Both the position numbers and the translations under genes were made by a program. DNA of 64,000 bases from Phaeosaccion multiseriatum (lineage: Eukaryota; Protista; Ochrophyta, other classes): assembly GCA_965112735.1 (NCBI GenBank), contig OZ218957.1, positions 2,170,001-2,234,000 of the forward strand. The letters run 5' to 3'. Shown here one piece after another: positions 20,737 through 34,323 of this stretch; the first letter of the stretch is position 1, and the number at the start of each line of letters is the position of its first letter. The notes under the pieces are model-generated. The model worked only from the letters and a program-made list of their open reading frames with translations, had not been told where the DNA came from and did not search any database.

Positions 20737-23700
20737 CTAGTGCTTGGTCAGGTCCATCTCCTCAATGGCCTGCCGCACAAGGCCGGTGACCTCGTTCAAG
20801 GACACCGGGTTGGCCGGCGCCCGACTCACATACTTGCGCCCCGCCCACCTCGCCAAGTTATTAAAGTGCTTCCTCCCTGAAGTGCCATCGATATGAAGCT
20901 CAATGAGCACCCCTCGATCCGCCATGAAGATGTTGTGAAACAGCCCCGCCCCGTGCGGGCCCACCATAACATCTGTGTTGATGGAGTGTTGGATTTGGTC
21001 GGAGAAGCTTAACAGGTTGTAATCCACAGGGTGGAACTCAACCTCGGCTCCGTTGGAGAAGGTCTCTCCAGCGAGCTTGGTGAGAGCCTTTACCACCTTT
21101 TTTTAAGGGGGGGAAGGGAGAGACGGAGGTGAGGGAGCCGAGAGAGGTGAGGGAGGAAGGGAGGGAGTGGTCAGAGACAGGCTGAGAGGAAGGAGCAGGA
21201 GCGGTATCATAGCACAAATCGACCAAGGGGGGGGGTTCAAGTAGAGGCAGCAAATCTGTACCCAACTATCAACCCTCCTCCTCCTCCTCCTCCTCCTCCT
21301 CCTCCTCCTCCTCCTCCTCCTCCTCCTCTTCCTCCTCCTCCTCCTCCTCCTCCTCCTCCTCCTCCTCCTCCTCCTCTTCCTCCTCTTCCTCCTCCTCCTC
21401 CTCCTCCTCCTCCTCCTCCTCCTCCTCCTGCTCCTCCTCCTCCTCCTGCTCCTCCTCCCAAAGCTCTGCGCACACACGCACACGCACGCACGCACGCACG
21501 CACCTCCGCGTCGTTCTTGACGACTCTCTGCAGGCTCCTCGTGCCCAAGTGCTGAAAGAAGTCGCAGGTGAAGAACGAATCCACCCCTGCCTTCTCGCTG
21601 CAGAAGCTCCGCTCAGGCCACTGCACGGAGGACTTGCGGCTCATCCACGTAATCACCACCTTCTTGCTTGGAGCTGCGGCGTATCTGCTCATCCATACAC
21701 ACACGCAAACAAAAAAAAACACGCACGCACGCACACACACACCAGACACACGGAGAATCGGATGGAACAAAACGTCAGAGGGACCTGGGATGGGCGTGGG
21801 AGTCACGGCTCTCCGCGAGCTCGAGCGGTGCAAGACAGTAATAAATAAAAAAGAAAAATAAATAGAAAGACGGCACGCACGCTGTGCCTCCCCTTTCCAT
21901 GTGCTCCTCTTGGTTTGCTTTGCTCTGCTTTAAGGACCCCCAGCCCCCCTTCTTTTTCTACCTCACACCATACTCCTTCGCACGACCAACTCTCTACCTC
22001 CCCACTCCTCTCACTCACCTAGAGTGGCTCTGTAGATCAAGCCCCCGAATGGTAAAGTCTGCGTAGGCCCTAACCAGCGCCGTTGAGAAGCACTTTGTCA
22101 CGAACCTTGCGAGGGTTGTGGGGGCTGCAGGACCGAAGATGCCCACGGCAACGTCCCTGTATGGTGTGGGGTGGGCGGTGTAAGGAGAGAGAGAGAGAGA
22201 GATAGAGAGAGAGGGAAAGAGAAGGAAAGGATAGATAGAGAGGAGAGAGACAGAGAGAGAGAGCGTTGCGATGCATCGATCAGGAACTAAACACGGGGTC
22301 AGTGTCAGTCAGTCAGTTCGGAGAAGTTAGAGAGAGAGATGGAGAGAGATGCCTCCTCCGCCTCCTCCCCCCCCTCCTTCTCCTTCTCTCCCCCATCCTC
22401 CTCCTTCTCTTCTCCACTGACCTGAAGCACACATTCTTCTTCCCATATTGTTTTGCAATGTCCCAGGCGAGCATAGGTGCGTGCTTCTGCCCATGGAACA
22501 CCCTGCTCCACATTGGCCTGACGGAGCGAAAGGACAGCGCATCAGAGCAGGGGCAAGGCGATGATGTTACAAGAGGCAGAGAGGATAGAAAGAGAGAGAC
22601 TGGTAGGGCATCACTCACTCATCCACGCACTCACTCACTCACCTACTCCCTCCCTCCCTCCCTTCCTCCCTCCCCTCCCTCCCTTCCCTTCCCTCCATCC
22701 CTCCCTCCCTCCTCCCTCCTCCCCTCCCTCCCTCCCTCCCTCCCTCCTTTCCTCCTCCCCTCCTTCCCTCCCGCCATCCCTCCCTCCCGCTCTCTCACTC
22801 ACCAGAAGGGCCCCTTGGGATACAGGTCGGTAATCATGACCTGCGTGTCCCTGCTGCTCCACCTCAACACCGCCATGGCGATAAAGGCGTTCACAAAGTC
22901 CTCAGAGTCGTGGAAGAAGTTGGCAAAGGTGTGTCTCTGCACGATGAGCGTCTTGTGCTCCACCCATTCATCGCACAGCAGCGCGTCCACAGGCTGAAAC
23001 GCATTGGTGGTCCAGTCGGCATTCCACCCTGAGCAAAGCCAGTTGTGAGTCGTGGGGGGCGGGGGGGAGGGGTGGCAGGGGTCAGGCCCGTTGTAGACTT
23101 CGTTACTTCCCCCCCTCTTCCTCTCTACCATCTTCCCTCCCTCTCTCCCTCCCTCCCTCCCTGCCTCCCTCCCTACATCCCCCCCTCCCTCCCTCCCTCC
23201 CTCCCTCCCTCCCTCCCTCCTTCCCTCTCTCCCTAACTCCCTTCCTCTCTCTCTCCCCCTCTCCCTCCCTCTCTCACTCCCTATCTCCCTCCCTCCCTGC
23301 CTGCCTCCATCCCTACGTCCCTCCCTACCTACCTCCCTCCATCTCTCCCTACCTACCTCCTTCCTTCCCTCCCTCTCTCCCTCTCTCCCTCCCTACGTCC
23401 CTCCCTCCCTCCCTCCCTCCCTCCCTCCCCTCCTCCCCTCCCCCCCCCTCACCACTCCCCCCTGCAGCTCTCACCTGGCATGAACTTGGTCTGCCACAAG
23501 CCGGGGTCGGCATCGCATGTCCCCTTCACCGTGCCCTTCTTGTGGTGGATGTACGCCTCATCCGCATGCTTGGTGTTTTTATACTTCTCCATCACACCCT
23601 TGATCACCCCTGTGTCGCTGAAGGCACCAAAGTTGATGGCGACATTCTTCATGTGGCACAAGTTATCCCCATTCCCCGCGTGATCGTCCTGCCGAGCTAG

Positions 23701-24455
23701 GTAGCACTCTATGGAGGAGGAGGGGGACGCCTCACCTCCTCCAGCCTGCTGCTGCTTGGGCTTGCAGTACTGCTTTCCTTGCGCTCTCCACTTGTCGATG
23801 AGGCCGTTGCCAAAGCTATGGTCACACACCGCGGTGCTGTAGCTGCTCATGAGCTCACTGACAGCCTGTCCTCGAAACTCTGCCTCCCCCAGCTCGAGTA
23901 TCCGGTGCAGAGGGGCACTCACTCGGCTGCTGCTAAGCTCGTGGCCCTCAGGCGCTTTGTCTTTCTTCTCTATCAAGTCATCTACGCTCCTCTGCTGCTC
24001 CCCTCTCTCTCCTTGCCCCCTCTCCTCTTGTAGCTCCAAGGACTCTGCTATCACCGCCTCCTTCTCTTTGATAGCCTTCTCTACTTCTATTAGCGACTCC
24101 TCCTGCTGACGATTGAGAGCGTTTAGCTCACTGATTCTCTCCTCCAACTTCTTTCTGTGGGGCGTACGAGTTGGAGGAGCGAGGGGCAGACATGGTTGTG
24201 TTGCAGCGCTGAGTCACGCACGGTCAGGGTAAAAAACTCATTTCCCTACCTTAGCTCGAACGAAGTCCCACCAGTTGTTCCAACTCCTCGCTCTTCTTCC
24301 TCCTGATGAAGATGCAAGTGCAGCTGAGAAAGCAACAGCGCGCCGCCCACCATACCAACCAGCAGAGTGGTCCATGGCACCCCCCTCCCTGAGGACTGCT
24401 GGTCCTGATAGGGCCTGTGCCGCCTTCTGGACGAGCCCTTCCCCTTCAGTTTCAT
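20737..24455 (-). CDS. Glycosyltransferase family 61 (EOGT/xylosyltransferase-like), type II membrane protein, multi-exon
   Basis: N-terminal transmembrane segment WTTLLVGMVGGALLL; QRHTFANFFHDSEDFVNAF; C-terminal GT61 signature QIQHSINTDVMVGPHGAGLFHNIFM...VLIEL. Confidence 0.88.
21273..21456. repeat. Long (CCT)n/(GAG)n microsatellite in a GT61 intron
   Basis: About 60 triplets with few interruptions. Similar long intronic tracts lie at about 29465-29620 (TG), 49677-49823 (GAG) and 58480-58573 (CCT). Confidence 0.95.
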
Positions 24456-26176
24456 TGTGTGGGTTATGCCTCCGTGGTGGGGAGAGGCCGAGGCAGAGTT
24501 GGGAGTTTGTGCTCCCCGAGAAGGAGAGGCGGCTCAAGATTTCATCCCTTGCTATCGAGAGACCCCTTCCCACAAGCTACACTCGCATCCACCACAGGGA
24601 TTTGCAGACATATAGAGCCTCAAGTTTTCTGTTCCCACGTCCAACGAGTCAAGATACGATAGAGAAGAGGAGGGACAGAGCGCAAGCCCCAACGGATCGC
24701 CTCATGACATAATTCTCCTTAGTAAGGCTTTCCTACCGCAAGAACTCAAGAGAGAGAAACTGTGGAAACTTTTATGAGAAACGCGGGCGAAGAAGCGCTC
24801 TCCTTCACCCGCAGACGGTGAGGTGGCACCTACCGCGGATGGGAAGGTGGCCATCGGCAGCCGAGGGAGGGAAATAGGGCGAAAGAAGGGGGATGTATCA
24901 ACGCGCCAGCATCGTATAAGTATTCTATTCTCAGTATTGGGTAGTGGGGGGGGGGTGGTTGAGCCCATGACGCTTTTCGTCGTTCTTAAGGGAGCGAGCG
25001 AACCCGAATCCCAGCATGACACGAGGAGGGAAGTCGCCCGTCGCAGGCGTGATTTTGACTTCCACGTGCAATCTTCCCTATCTTCCTTGCACTGCTTGAT
25101 CGAGAGACAACGGAAGAAAGGCTGCACTGCGCACCTGGTACGGCATACAGCCAACACGCCGACGGTAGCATAAGTACTCTGCCATACGGTACAACACTTA
25201 ACACTTCGCTTCACGTGTCTCCCTTCTCCTTCCTCCTCGAAGCTGTTACAATCACGCCCTGCCCCACTCATCCTGACTTACTGCGGTTGCTATTAAAGGC
25301 TCTAGTCTCAGGCGATCCCACCGAACAACCATCACTTCTTCCCGAATGATCCGAAAAGCCAGCTCTGTTGCCTGGCCTCCTCAAACACTCTCGCTCGCTC
25401 CTCCCTTGTCTTTTCGAAAATCGCGGTCTTGCACTCCTTATACATGGCGAAGAACTCCTATTCGCCGTGTGATAAGGGAGGGAAGGCGGCAGCAAGGAGT
25501 GAAGGACAGACGAGTCACGTCAGAGTCGACCACTTTTCGTGACACACCGCGATCCCCCTTTCTCGGAAGAAGGTGTACAGTGCAGTCTAAGCGGCAGCAC
25601 AGCACAAAGACGAGCGGACAACGGCAACTAGCACAAGAGGAGGGGAGCTGTGTAGGCAACCAAGGTAGAACGGGGATGCTATACTCGTTACCGCACCTTG
25701 CACTTGCTCTGGCTGTCCTCCATGTGATCTGTGCAGCACTGTAAGCTCTTGGCGGCCTCTCTCTCGCAAGGCTTCGAGCGTTTCGGGGCTACCGGCATGA
25801 TTAATTTCTCCCCACTGCCCCTTCAAGATCAAATGTTCCGTCTGCCCTTGCCGCTGTAATAATAATACAGCTGTGTCCCAGCAACTGGACGACACGGGGA
25901 TGGCCGTGGGGGGGGGGGAATGTGTTGGGGGGGGACTTTTTACAAACGAGAGGAAACCCTTCTCTCCAACAACACACACGCCTGGGCACTCAAAGCGAGG
26001 AGGGACAAGGAGAGAGGTATAGCTGGAGCAAGAGGGTGGAGAATGGGGATCGAATGGGCCCATAAAGATGGAGGTGTAGTCGCCAACAAGGAAATTGGAT
26101 AACCAACTCTTCCACATTCCCTTTCTCTTCCTTTTTTGTTTTTTATTTGTCCAACTTTCACAGTAGGTGCAAGGCG

Positions 26177-27569
26177 ATGAGCGGAGACATTGAGGAGCTT
26201 CTTACAAGCCTCCGAGGGCTGGAAAGTCTTTCGTCCCTGGTAAGCTTTGTCACAGTGTCCGAGTCTGTTGGAGCCACCGCTCAATGCCCCCTCATTTCCT
26301 TCTCTCTCTGCCCCTCCCCTCCCTCTCCCCCTTCCCTTGCAGACCGCCTCAGACCTCCAGGCCCAACTCCGCTGGCCCACCAAGCAGCGCATCTTCCTGT
26401 CCCTCTTCACTGAGCTCCGCAGCTGCTATGAGGCAGCGGAAGGGCTGGGACAGCTCTGCAGCGAGCGGGCTCGAGAACGCGCCTCGGAGAAGAGAAAGCA
26501 GGCTCTCCCAGACGAGAGCAGGGAGAACGAAGACAGCTTCCGGAAGGCCTACCTGGGCATTGTCGCACGCCAAATGGAGACCCTCGGGTAAGACCTGTTC
26601 ATCCATGCGCCCAGTTGGGGGCTTTGCTGTCTTGCAACTACTACAGGGGGACCCCAAGAGGATCCATCTTTCAGGACCAGACGAGCCCCAACATCTGAGG
26701 AATCAACCTTTCCCTTCACTGACACAATCGCCTAACCTCTTCAGGGCCAACCGTGCGCTGACCTCTTCCAAGAAGCTATCGACGGACAGTGCCCTGTGCG
26801 TGAAGGCCTTTGTCTTCCTCTGCTCGAGGCTGAAGAGCTCAGCTGCCGTTCGTCGGTCCAGCAGAGACAGGCTGGGAGGCGGGGCGGCTCCAGGACTTGC
26901 AACAGGAGTATCAGGTGGAGGAGGAGGAGGAGGAGGAGGAGGAGGAGGAGGAGAGGCTGGAGCTGATGCTCATGGTGCTTCTGCGAGCAGTCGCGCCTTT
27001 AGGCCAGCAGCAGCAGGTGCAGTAGAGAGTGCAGATACAAAGGCCACTCAGCCTCCAGCCAGCAGGAGGGGAGGGGGAAGAGGAGACCCTTCCTTGTCCT
27101 CGAAAATCTCTCCGCAGCCGGCACGGCGGCCCTCTCCTCACCACATAAACGAACAGCGGGAGGGTCAAGCAGAGGATTCTCCTTTCCCTCTTGAGAAGCA
27201 GCCCCCGAGGAGCAGGCGCTCTTCGTCGTCTAAGCCAACTGGGATGCAGCCTGAGATGCAATTCGATGACCTCGACTTTTTTAGTGAGAGCCGCATCCAC
27301 CAGACACCCTCAGAGAGGAGAGAGAGTACTGCCGGCATCACCTTACAGGGGAGTGAGAGGGACATGGGTGGGGCTGAGCGGAGGAAGGGGGGGACGAGGG
27401 CTTCGGGTGCTGCCGCTGCGGGATGTGGAGGGGGCAGTGGGGTGGAAGTTTGGTCAGACTGGCGGCCTAGCAGTGGCGACGGCAGTGGTATGGCTACCAA
27501 TGGCGATATCCCCAATGGGCTGAAGCCATTTAGAACGAGCGGGGGCAAAAAGAGGAGCAGTAGTAGTGC

Positions 27570-27601
<32 letters not shown>

Positions 27602-28882
27602 AGTTGAGCCGAGATACAGGGGACAACGTGCGCAAGACCGGAGCCGGCGGCACAGATGAGGGGGAGGGGGTGGTGAGGATGAGCATGGCCGCACTGAGGG
27701 CCGAAAACGAGAGTCTTCGGCAGAGAAACGCGGAGCTCCGGCAGGGGCTCCGAGCCGTCGTGGAAGAAGGGACTCGAGGGGCAGGCAGCAGAGTTGACCT
27801 GCCAACGACGACGCACAAGGAAAAGAGGTGCCGTCTTTGTCGCCAGTCCAGGCTTCTCCTGGCTCAGAACGCACAACTCCGGCGGCAAGTTGGGCTGCAG
27901 TGGACGGCAGTGGACGCGAGCTCGGCGGTGACGAGGGAGGTGAAGGGGGTGCTGGAGAGTGCGCGTGACACGTTTGCAGAGGTGGTGGGGCTGTGCCGTC
28001 GCGATGGGGGGCAGCAGAGAGCAGTGTCGGCAGGAGCAGCAGCAGGCGCAGTTGGCGAAACAGTTGCTGGAGCAGTTGGTGATACCACAGGGCGGCGAGC
28101 TGGGGACCCAGTGTCCTCCTCTCTGCTTCCCACCTGGGAGCAGCTGCTGGGAAAGGTGGACAAGCTTCAGAGCCAGATCGGGTGGGTAGAGAGGCAGGCC
28201 GGGAGGGCTGCCGCAGGGAGGCTCCACATTGTGCCTTTCGAGCGAGACGGACCCGGAGAGGACGGTCACACAGGGGGCGACTTTTGGACCAAGCAGCGTA
28301 GCGTTGGGACATGTGAGGAGGAGGCGGCTGAGGAGAAGGCGGCGGCACGGAAGAGAAGAATGCCCTGCTCGCTACGGATGCGGTGCTTTGACGAGACGCA
28401 CTGGCGGAGGCACGGGAAAGACCAGCATGGCACTGCGCACCAGGACGTGGGGTTGGTGCCTGTCGAAGGAGATGAGTCTGTTGTTGACGTTGTCGGCGAA
28501 ACAGAGGCCGAGGGAGGGTGGGGAGGAGCAGGGAGAACGGCAGGGGGGGGCAGGGGTAGCTGCAGCAGCGGAGAGAGCCGCTCACGCGGGCTTGGTGGTG
28601 CTAGTGCTGCTGTCGGATTACAGCGCTTCTATCACCTGAACCCTTCTGCGGTTGGGCTGTTGGAGGAGCGTGTGAGGGCGGCGCTGTGGGCCACAGAAGA
28701 GGTCGTGCGTGCCATTGACGCAGGGGGGGGCGGGTTGATAGCGGGGGGAGAAGGAGAGGGAGAGGGAGAGGGAGAGGGAGAGAAAGAGAGGGAGGGAGAA
28801 GGAGAGGGAGATGAGGAGGGAGACGTAGGAGGAGAAGTCGGCGGGGGTGCCGTATCTCCGAATGAGAAGCCGAAGAATGGTA

Positions 28883-28927
<45 letters not shown>

Positions 28928-29463
28928 CCAGCAGGGAGGATAGCCCTGGTAGTGGTAGGTCCACTCGCAGAGGGGAGGAAAGAGGAGGCACGGCAAGGGA
29001 CCCAACAAGAGACCCAACCAGCGCAACAGGAGCAAGAGCAAGGTACAGGACAAGGCCAAGAGCCCCCCCCGCCGTGCGAGCCAAGGTACTCCGGTTGAAG
29101 AGCTGTCTGGGGCACCTCCTGGAGGCGGCGGGGGTGTTCGGAGTGGCGTGTGGGGCCGGTGCGAGTGGGCCGGGGGGCGCGGACTTGGAGGAGGCGGCCA
29201 TGCTGCAACTGGCGACGGCCGTGCAGGTAAGGTTGTAAGATGGCGTGCTGGGGAGGGGCAAGGGGAAGTGGGAGTGGGAGTCGCTTGTGCTGTGCTGCGC
29301 TGTTCCTGTGCTGGCTTGTGTTGTGCTTGCCCTTGGTGTATTGATTGGTTTCGTTGCTCTGCTGTTGCTGCGGATCGTCGTGGTGCTGCTGTGTGTGTAT
29401 GCGCATCGCCGTGACCCTGGCCTTGACCCTGACCCTGACCATGACGCTTGACCCGGACCCTGG

Positions 29464-29521
<58 letters not shown>

Positions 29522-29946
29522 TTGTGTGTGTGTATGTGTCTGCGCGCGCGTGTGTGTGTTTGCGTGTATGCGTGTGTGTGTGTGTGTGTGTGTGTGCGTG
29601 CGTGCATGTGTTTGCGTGTGTACTGATTCGTGCCAGGTCAAGGGCGGCCCCTCGGGCGAGAGTGCCGCGCTGCTCCGAGCCCTCGTCCATAGAGCGGCTC
29701 AGGCGCGCTGCAGCAGAGACGCGAGAATGGCCGTGCTGCAGAGGGAGGTGAGCCGCTGGAGACACGTGACGGCGCGACGCAGAGAGCTGGTGAAGCTGCT
29801 GGAGAGCGGCCTGCGAAGGGGGTGGGAGAGGCTGGCGGAGCATGCGGAGGAGGGTATGGGTGGGCCTGTCTGTGAGGTACTGGCCGCTTATGAGCAAGTC
29901 AAGGCAAGTACTGGGCAAGTATGTGATGGTGTGTAGAGTGTGTGTG

Positions 29947-29984
<38 letters not shown>

Positions 29985-30461
29985 TGGGTGTGGGTGTGTA
30001 TGTTGGTGTGGTTGTGGGGGTGTGGGTTTGGGTGTGGATGTGGATGTGCGTTTGCGTGTGACGTGTGTGTGCGTGTTATTTCCGTACGATACAGACGGCC
30101 CGACCTCATCTACGCTGCCCTCCGTCTTCCCCCGATACGCCTTGTCCTGTACTACACACACACCCATTCAACAACTCTAACCCGTGCCACCCCCTTCTCC
30201 CCTCCCCTCCCGCCGTCGCATCTCCCTCTGCTCCTTCCCCCGCGTGTCTCTTCTCCCCCCTGGTGTCAGGACTCTCCGCTGGCCTCCACCCTCGGGAAGG
30301 GCGCCGCCGGAGTAGAAGTAGCACACCTGCTGGGCACCCTGGGGGCGTACGAGGGGCAGCTGAGAAGAGCGGTGGGGGAGAGCGCTCGCCTCGGGGCGGA
30401 TTCACGGGACCGGGCGGCGCGTCTTTGTGCGGAGTGGGACTTGGAGTGTCGCGCCGACTGA
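26177..30461 (+). CDS. Hypothetical coiled-coil/low-complexity protein, about 5 exons
   Basis: [21 protein letters not shown]|[18 protein letters not shown]...; long exon to LATAVQ|GTAAG; VKGGPSGES...; last exon DSPLAS...ECRAD*; GT-AG boundaries; coiled coil [20 protein letters not shown]. Confidence 0.65.
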
Positions 30462-31277
30462 CCGATTGACTGACTGACTGACTGACTGACTGACTGACTG
30501 ACTGACCGACCGACTGATACTGATGACTGACTGCATTTACCAAGTCACAGACTGAGGGTGGACTGCGTCTGTCTCTCTGGGCTTGTAGTTGTTGTTGTCG
30601 TTGACGCTAGCCTTTCAGAGATGCTCCCTCTACACAGTGATATGCCCCATGGCCTCCTGGTGCCAACAAAAATACGAAAAAAGAGTCTTTTGAATTGTGT
30701 TTTATTATATTCCCCCCTCTTGAAACAAAAAGATGTGTTCTGTGAACACGGTCTGTCTTACCAGCCGCACTTACGGCAAAAACACTCCATCCCTACTGTT
30801 CCCACTCTGTCCCTCACCCCCCCCCCCCCCCCCACTGTCTTGCGAAGAGCGCAAGATCACTTCCTACCTTCCAAGCTGCTCTGATGCTCGAGCGCCACTA
30901 AACGCGCAGAGGATAATACATACCCCCCCCCCCCCCTTCTTGCCACCACAAACGCCCAGGGTGTACTCGTTACCCTCCCCTCTCCTCTGGTCCGAAGCCA
31001 AGAGGGCACAGGCTACCCTCTCCTCTTTGTCGCATGCGGCGCTTGCTTTGCTTCCCCTTCGCTGAGTCGCGCTCCCTTCTTGTACACATGTTTCCGTGTC
31101 CGCATGTCCGCACGTACGCACTTTGTTATGTGTGAGTGGTGTGCCCGCCAACCAATCCCTCGATCCACATGCACCCACCCACCCCACCCCACCCCACCCA
31201 CAAACTCAGAGCACCCTGCTACCTATACGTACTATGACATAATACCACCAAAGGGTCCCTTCTCATCACCACGTGGC

Positions 31278-33815
31278 TCAGACGAAGAACCGAGACAAGA
31301 GTTGGCTCACCACTCCCACCGCCACGGTCACGGCCACCATCCCGGCTCTTCCGCCTGTCTGTGCAAACGAAGCACTCGCACTGTTGGTACCGTCGTCGAC
31401 ACTCCTCGCGTCGAGTACAGGGGCAGGAGTGGTGAATCGGCCCCTCGGTGAGAAGCCAGGCTCTACTGGAGGTAGTGTTGTAATTGGTGCTCCGCCCGGC
31501 GACGGCGCACTACCTGGTGGTGTGGGAGGGGGTGCCTCGTCTCGTGTGAAGGAGGTGAGCTCGCACCCTCGGTGGTAGTGCGACGACCACGGCTGTGTGG
31601 AGTCGGGAGCCACAATATACGATTGGCAAGAGGAACCGCCGATCAGCTGTAGGGTGAGGTGGGGATGGGGTGACCAGGGGGGCGGCGAGGCGAGCGAACA
31701 GACACACAGGATGGCAATAGAAAGAGGGGGGGGACGGGGGGGGGCAAGGCACAAGGATACTGAGTCAGTACGGAGGGGAAAGGCTACGGTTTCGTTGCTG
31801 GGGAAAATGCGAAACGGCGAAGAAGAGTAACTGAGGGAGTGAGGGAGTGGGACAGGGAGATAGTGAGCGAATGAGTGAGTGAGTGAGTGAGTGAGTGAGT
31901 GAGTGAGTGAGTGAGTGAGTGAGCAGTGCGTGAATAAAGAGAGTGAGCATGTGAGTGAGTGAGTGAGTGAGCAAGTGAGTCCAGTAACTGACTGACTGAG
32001 CGAGTGCACACAGGGGTGAGCGCGCACATGGGGCACGAGCAAGGAAGTAAAACATGCCCGCTCTTGCCGCCTTCGCCTCCCCTCCGTTCTCCTCACCTGC
32101 TCTTCGCACTCCGTGTCCGTCTCCTCATCCGCCTCGCACGCCACCGACACAATCCTCTGGAACATGGCGTGATTGACAATGTGGGGGGGGTTCCCGAGAA
32201 TGTCCTTTGGCACGTTGGGCACATCCGTCCGGCTGGAGCCCGTCGCCGTGCCTGAAATGTTGAAATAGTGCCCCTTGTGGTAGTCGGCTGCAGCCTTGAT
32301 GGCAGCTTGTGCTTCCACCTCAAACTCCGAGTTGAGCTGCAGGCCAAAGTAAATGGGGATCATGTTGGGGAAATCGCTGGCGATCTTCTCCGCCATGGCC
32401 TTGTAACCGTCGTCAAAGTACTCCACTTGGTCCTCCAGAGAGCTCTCTTGCAGCGCGATGAGGTCCTCCCCTTCCTCAATCAGCTCGCAGAAATCCGACG
32501 ACTGTGTCGAGTTTAGACACTCGGCTATCCACGTGCCTGTCGAGATGATGATATACCCCGCATCCTCGCCCCTCCCGGCCCCCTGGAGAAGGTCCAATTG
32601 ATCCATCACTTGCAGAGGCGAGCGGGCCCGCGCGAAGACGAAGCTCGTCTCCTCCCCGCTCACGGTCGCGTTCGCCCCCGCGTCCGTTGTCGTTGCATTC
32701 GCTCCCTCGTTCGCCGCTGTCGCATTCACCGCCTCCCTGGGGTAGACGCTTTCAAAGCACGCGTCTTGTCCGGTGAGGGCCGCTTTCCTATCAACGAGGC
32801 CCCCGGTTGCATCATCAATTAGCAACTGCACGCAAATGTCGCCCGGGTCGCCACCCTCTAGCTCGCCTGGAATAGCGCCATCAAAGACCCAGTTGGGGAA
32901 GAACAGCAGAGGGTTATAGTCGGCATCCAGCCAAGGCGCCACGGTGGCCATGAGGCCTTGCAGCCACTCGGCACCCACGAAGATCATCGTGTCGACGCCC
33001 GAGTTCGCCAAGCATGACGCTACCTCGGCTTGGTCGTGGTAGTGGAAATGACATTCGTGTTCCCCTGTGGCAAGTGGGTGGGTAGGTCGGTGGGGGCACG
33101 GGACAAGGGGAGGCAGGCGTGTCAAGCAGGACAATGGGGAAGAGTGGTCAGCAGCAGCAGCATTAGCAGCAACGGGACTCAAGGAGGATGAAGAACGCGG
33201 GGCAGAAGGAAGAGGAGGCACGCGTACGCATCCGAAAGGTTTGAGGGGGTTTACTTGCGGACAGCGCGGGTAAGACGTAGCAGCACAAAAGCACAGTCCA
33301 CAGAACACGTCGGCCCTTTTGACCTACCCTCGAGACCCTCGAGCTCGAAGGTGTTGCACAACGTTTGCCCGTTGCTATCCGTATCGCAGCGGTACCCTCC
33401 ACCAGACGAGACATCGGCACACCTTGGGGTGCAGCTGTCCCGGAGGTTCGGGGTGGGAATATCGGGCAGAAGACTTGACCCCACACCTGGAGGGGCCAGG
33501 GGAAGGGGGGAGGGTGCATGGGCGAGAGAGTGGGCGAATGCATATGCGACACAGGTAGGTGGGTATGGAGAGGGAGAAAACACGACTCGGGTCTCGAGAG
33601 AGGGAGGTGGGCGAAGAAGAGGAGAGGGAAGAGAGGATGGGCGTGGTGAGAGGGGTCTTAACACGACAGATACTTTTGATGGAATCTTTGCAGATACGAG
33701 GTTCCTCATAGCTAGACTCACCCTGAGTGCCGGGCAGCTGAAGCACAAACAAGGCCGAGGACAGGGAGGCCAAGAAGCCGCCCGGAGAACCGAGGACTCG
33801 AGATACAACCCGCAT
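31278..33815 (-). CDS. Secreted, probably GPI-anchored protein with a degenerate SGNH/PC-esterase-like domain
   Basis: Signal-like N-terminus; Cys-rich exon; CHFHYHDQAEVASCLANSGVDTMIFVGAE resembles the C..CL...IFVGDS block; Pro/Thr stalk and hydrophobic C-terminal tail. Confidence 0.55.
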
Positions 33816-34323
33816 GATAGCCCACTAATCCACCGACCTCAGGGTGAGGGTTCCACTGTACGAGGCAGGGCAAATTCCTTGTTGATAAAAGAAAATCCTC
33901 TGCTCCCACGAGATGCAGCCACAGAGAATGGAAGGAGGGTAGTGGAGCAGTTGTTAACCAAGAGGGAGTGGTCCTAGCGTTTGTGGATGGAAGGGTTTTT
34001 TAATTAAAACTACGGCCCTCCTCATCGTGTTAGAATTCCGGTTTGAGTTTCCGTTTTGCTATGCTACACTTTGCTTGGGTTTGGACTTCTTCCTCCCCTC
34101 CCCCTGATTTATCTCCCCCTTCTCTCAACTAGCGCAGTAGTTTTTCAGCTTCCCCTCCCTCCTACACCACCTTGAGTAACCAGTAGGCGCATAGTACAAA
34201 GAGGGAAGACCGTCAGGGAAGGAGAAACGGGGGAGGAGGAGGAGGAGGAGGTGGCCAATTTGAGACTGAGAGAGGAGGGGTTCGGGGAGGGTGAGTTGGG
34301 AAGGGGGGGGGGAGTGGGGGCAG

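Noticed and set aside
21103-21833. Poly-Glu, poly-Arg and poly-Gly ORFs (and similar ORFs at about 29.4-30.2 kb, 49.6-49.9 kb and 62.7-63.2 kb)
   Set aside because: Translations of intronic microsatellites.
24500-26100. ORFs or RNA genes in the GT61 upstream region (also 35.2-36.4 kb)
   Set aside because: No recognisable domains, tRNA arms or consistent exon chain by eye.
29895-29925. GC-AG intron donor AAG|GCAAGT
   Set aside because: A canonical CAA|GTATGT donor in the same phase lies 15 nt downstream; cannot be decided without transcripts.
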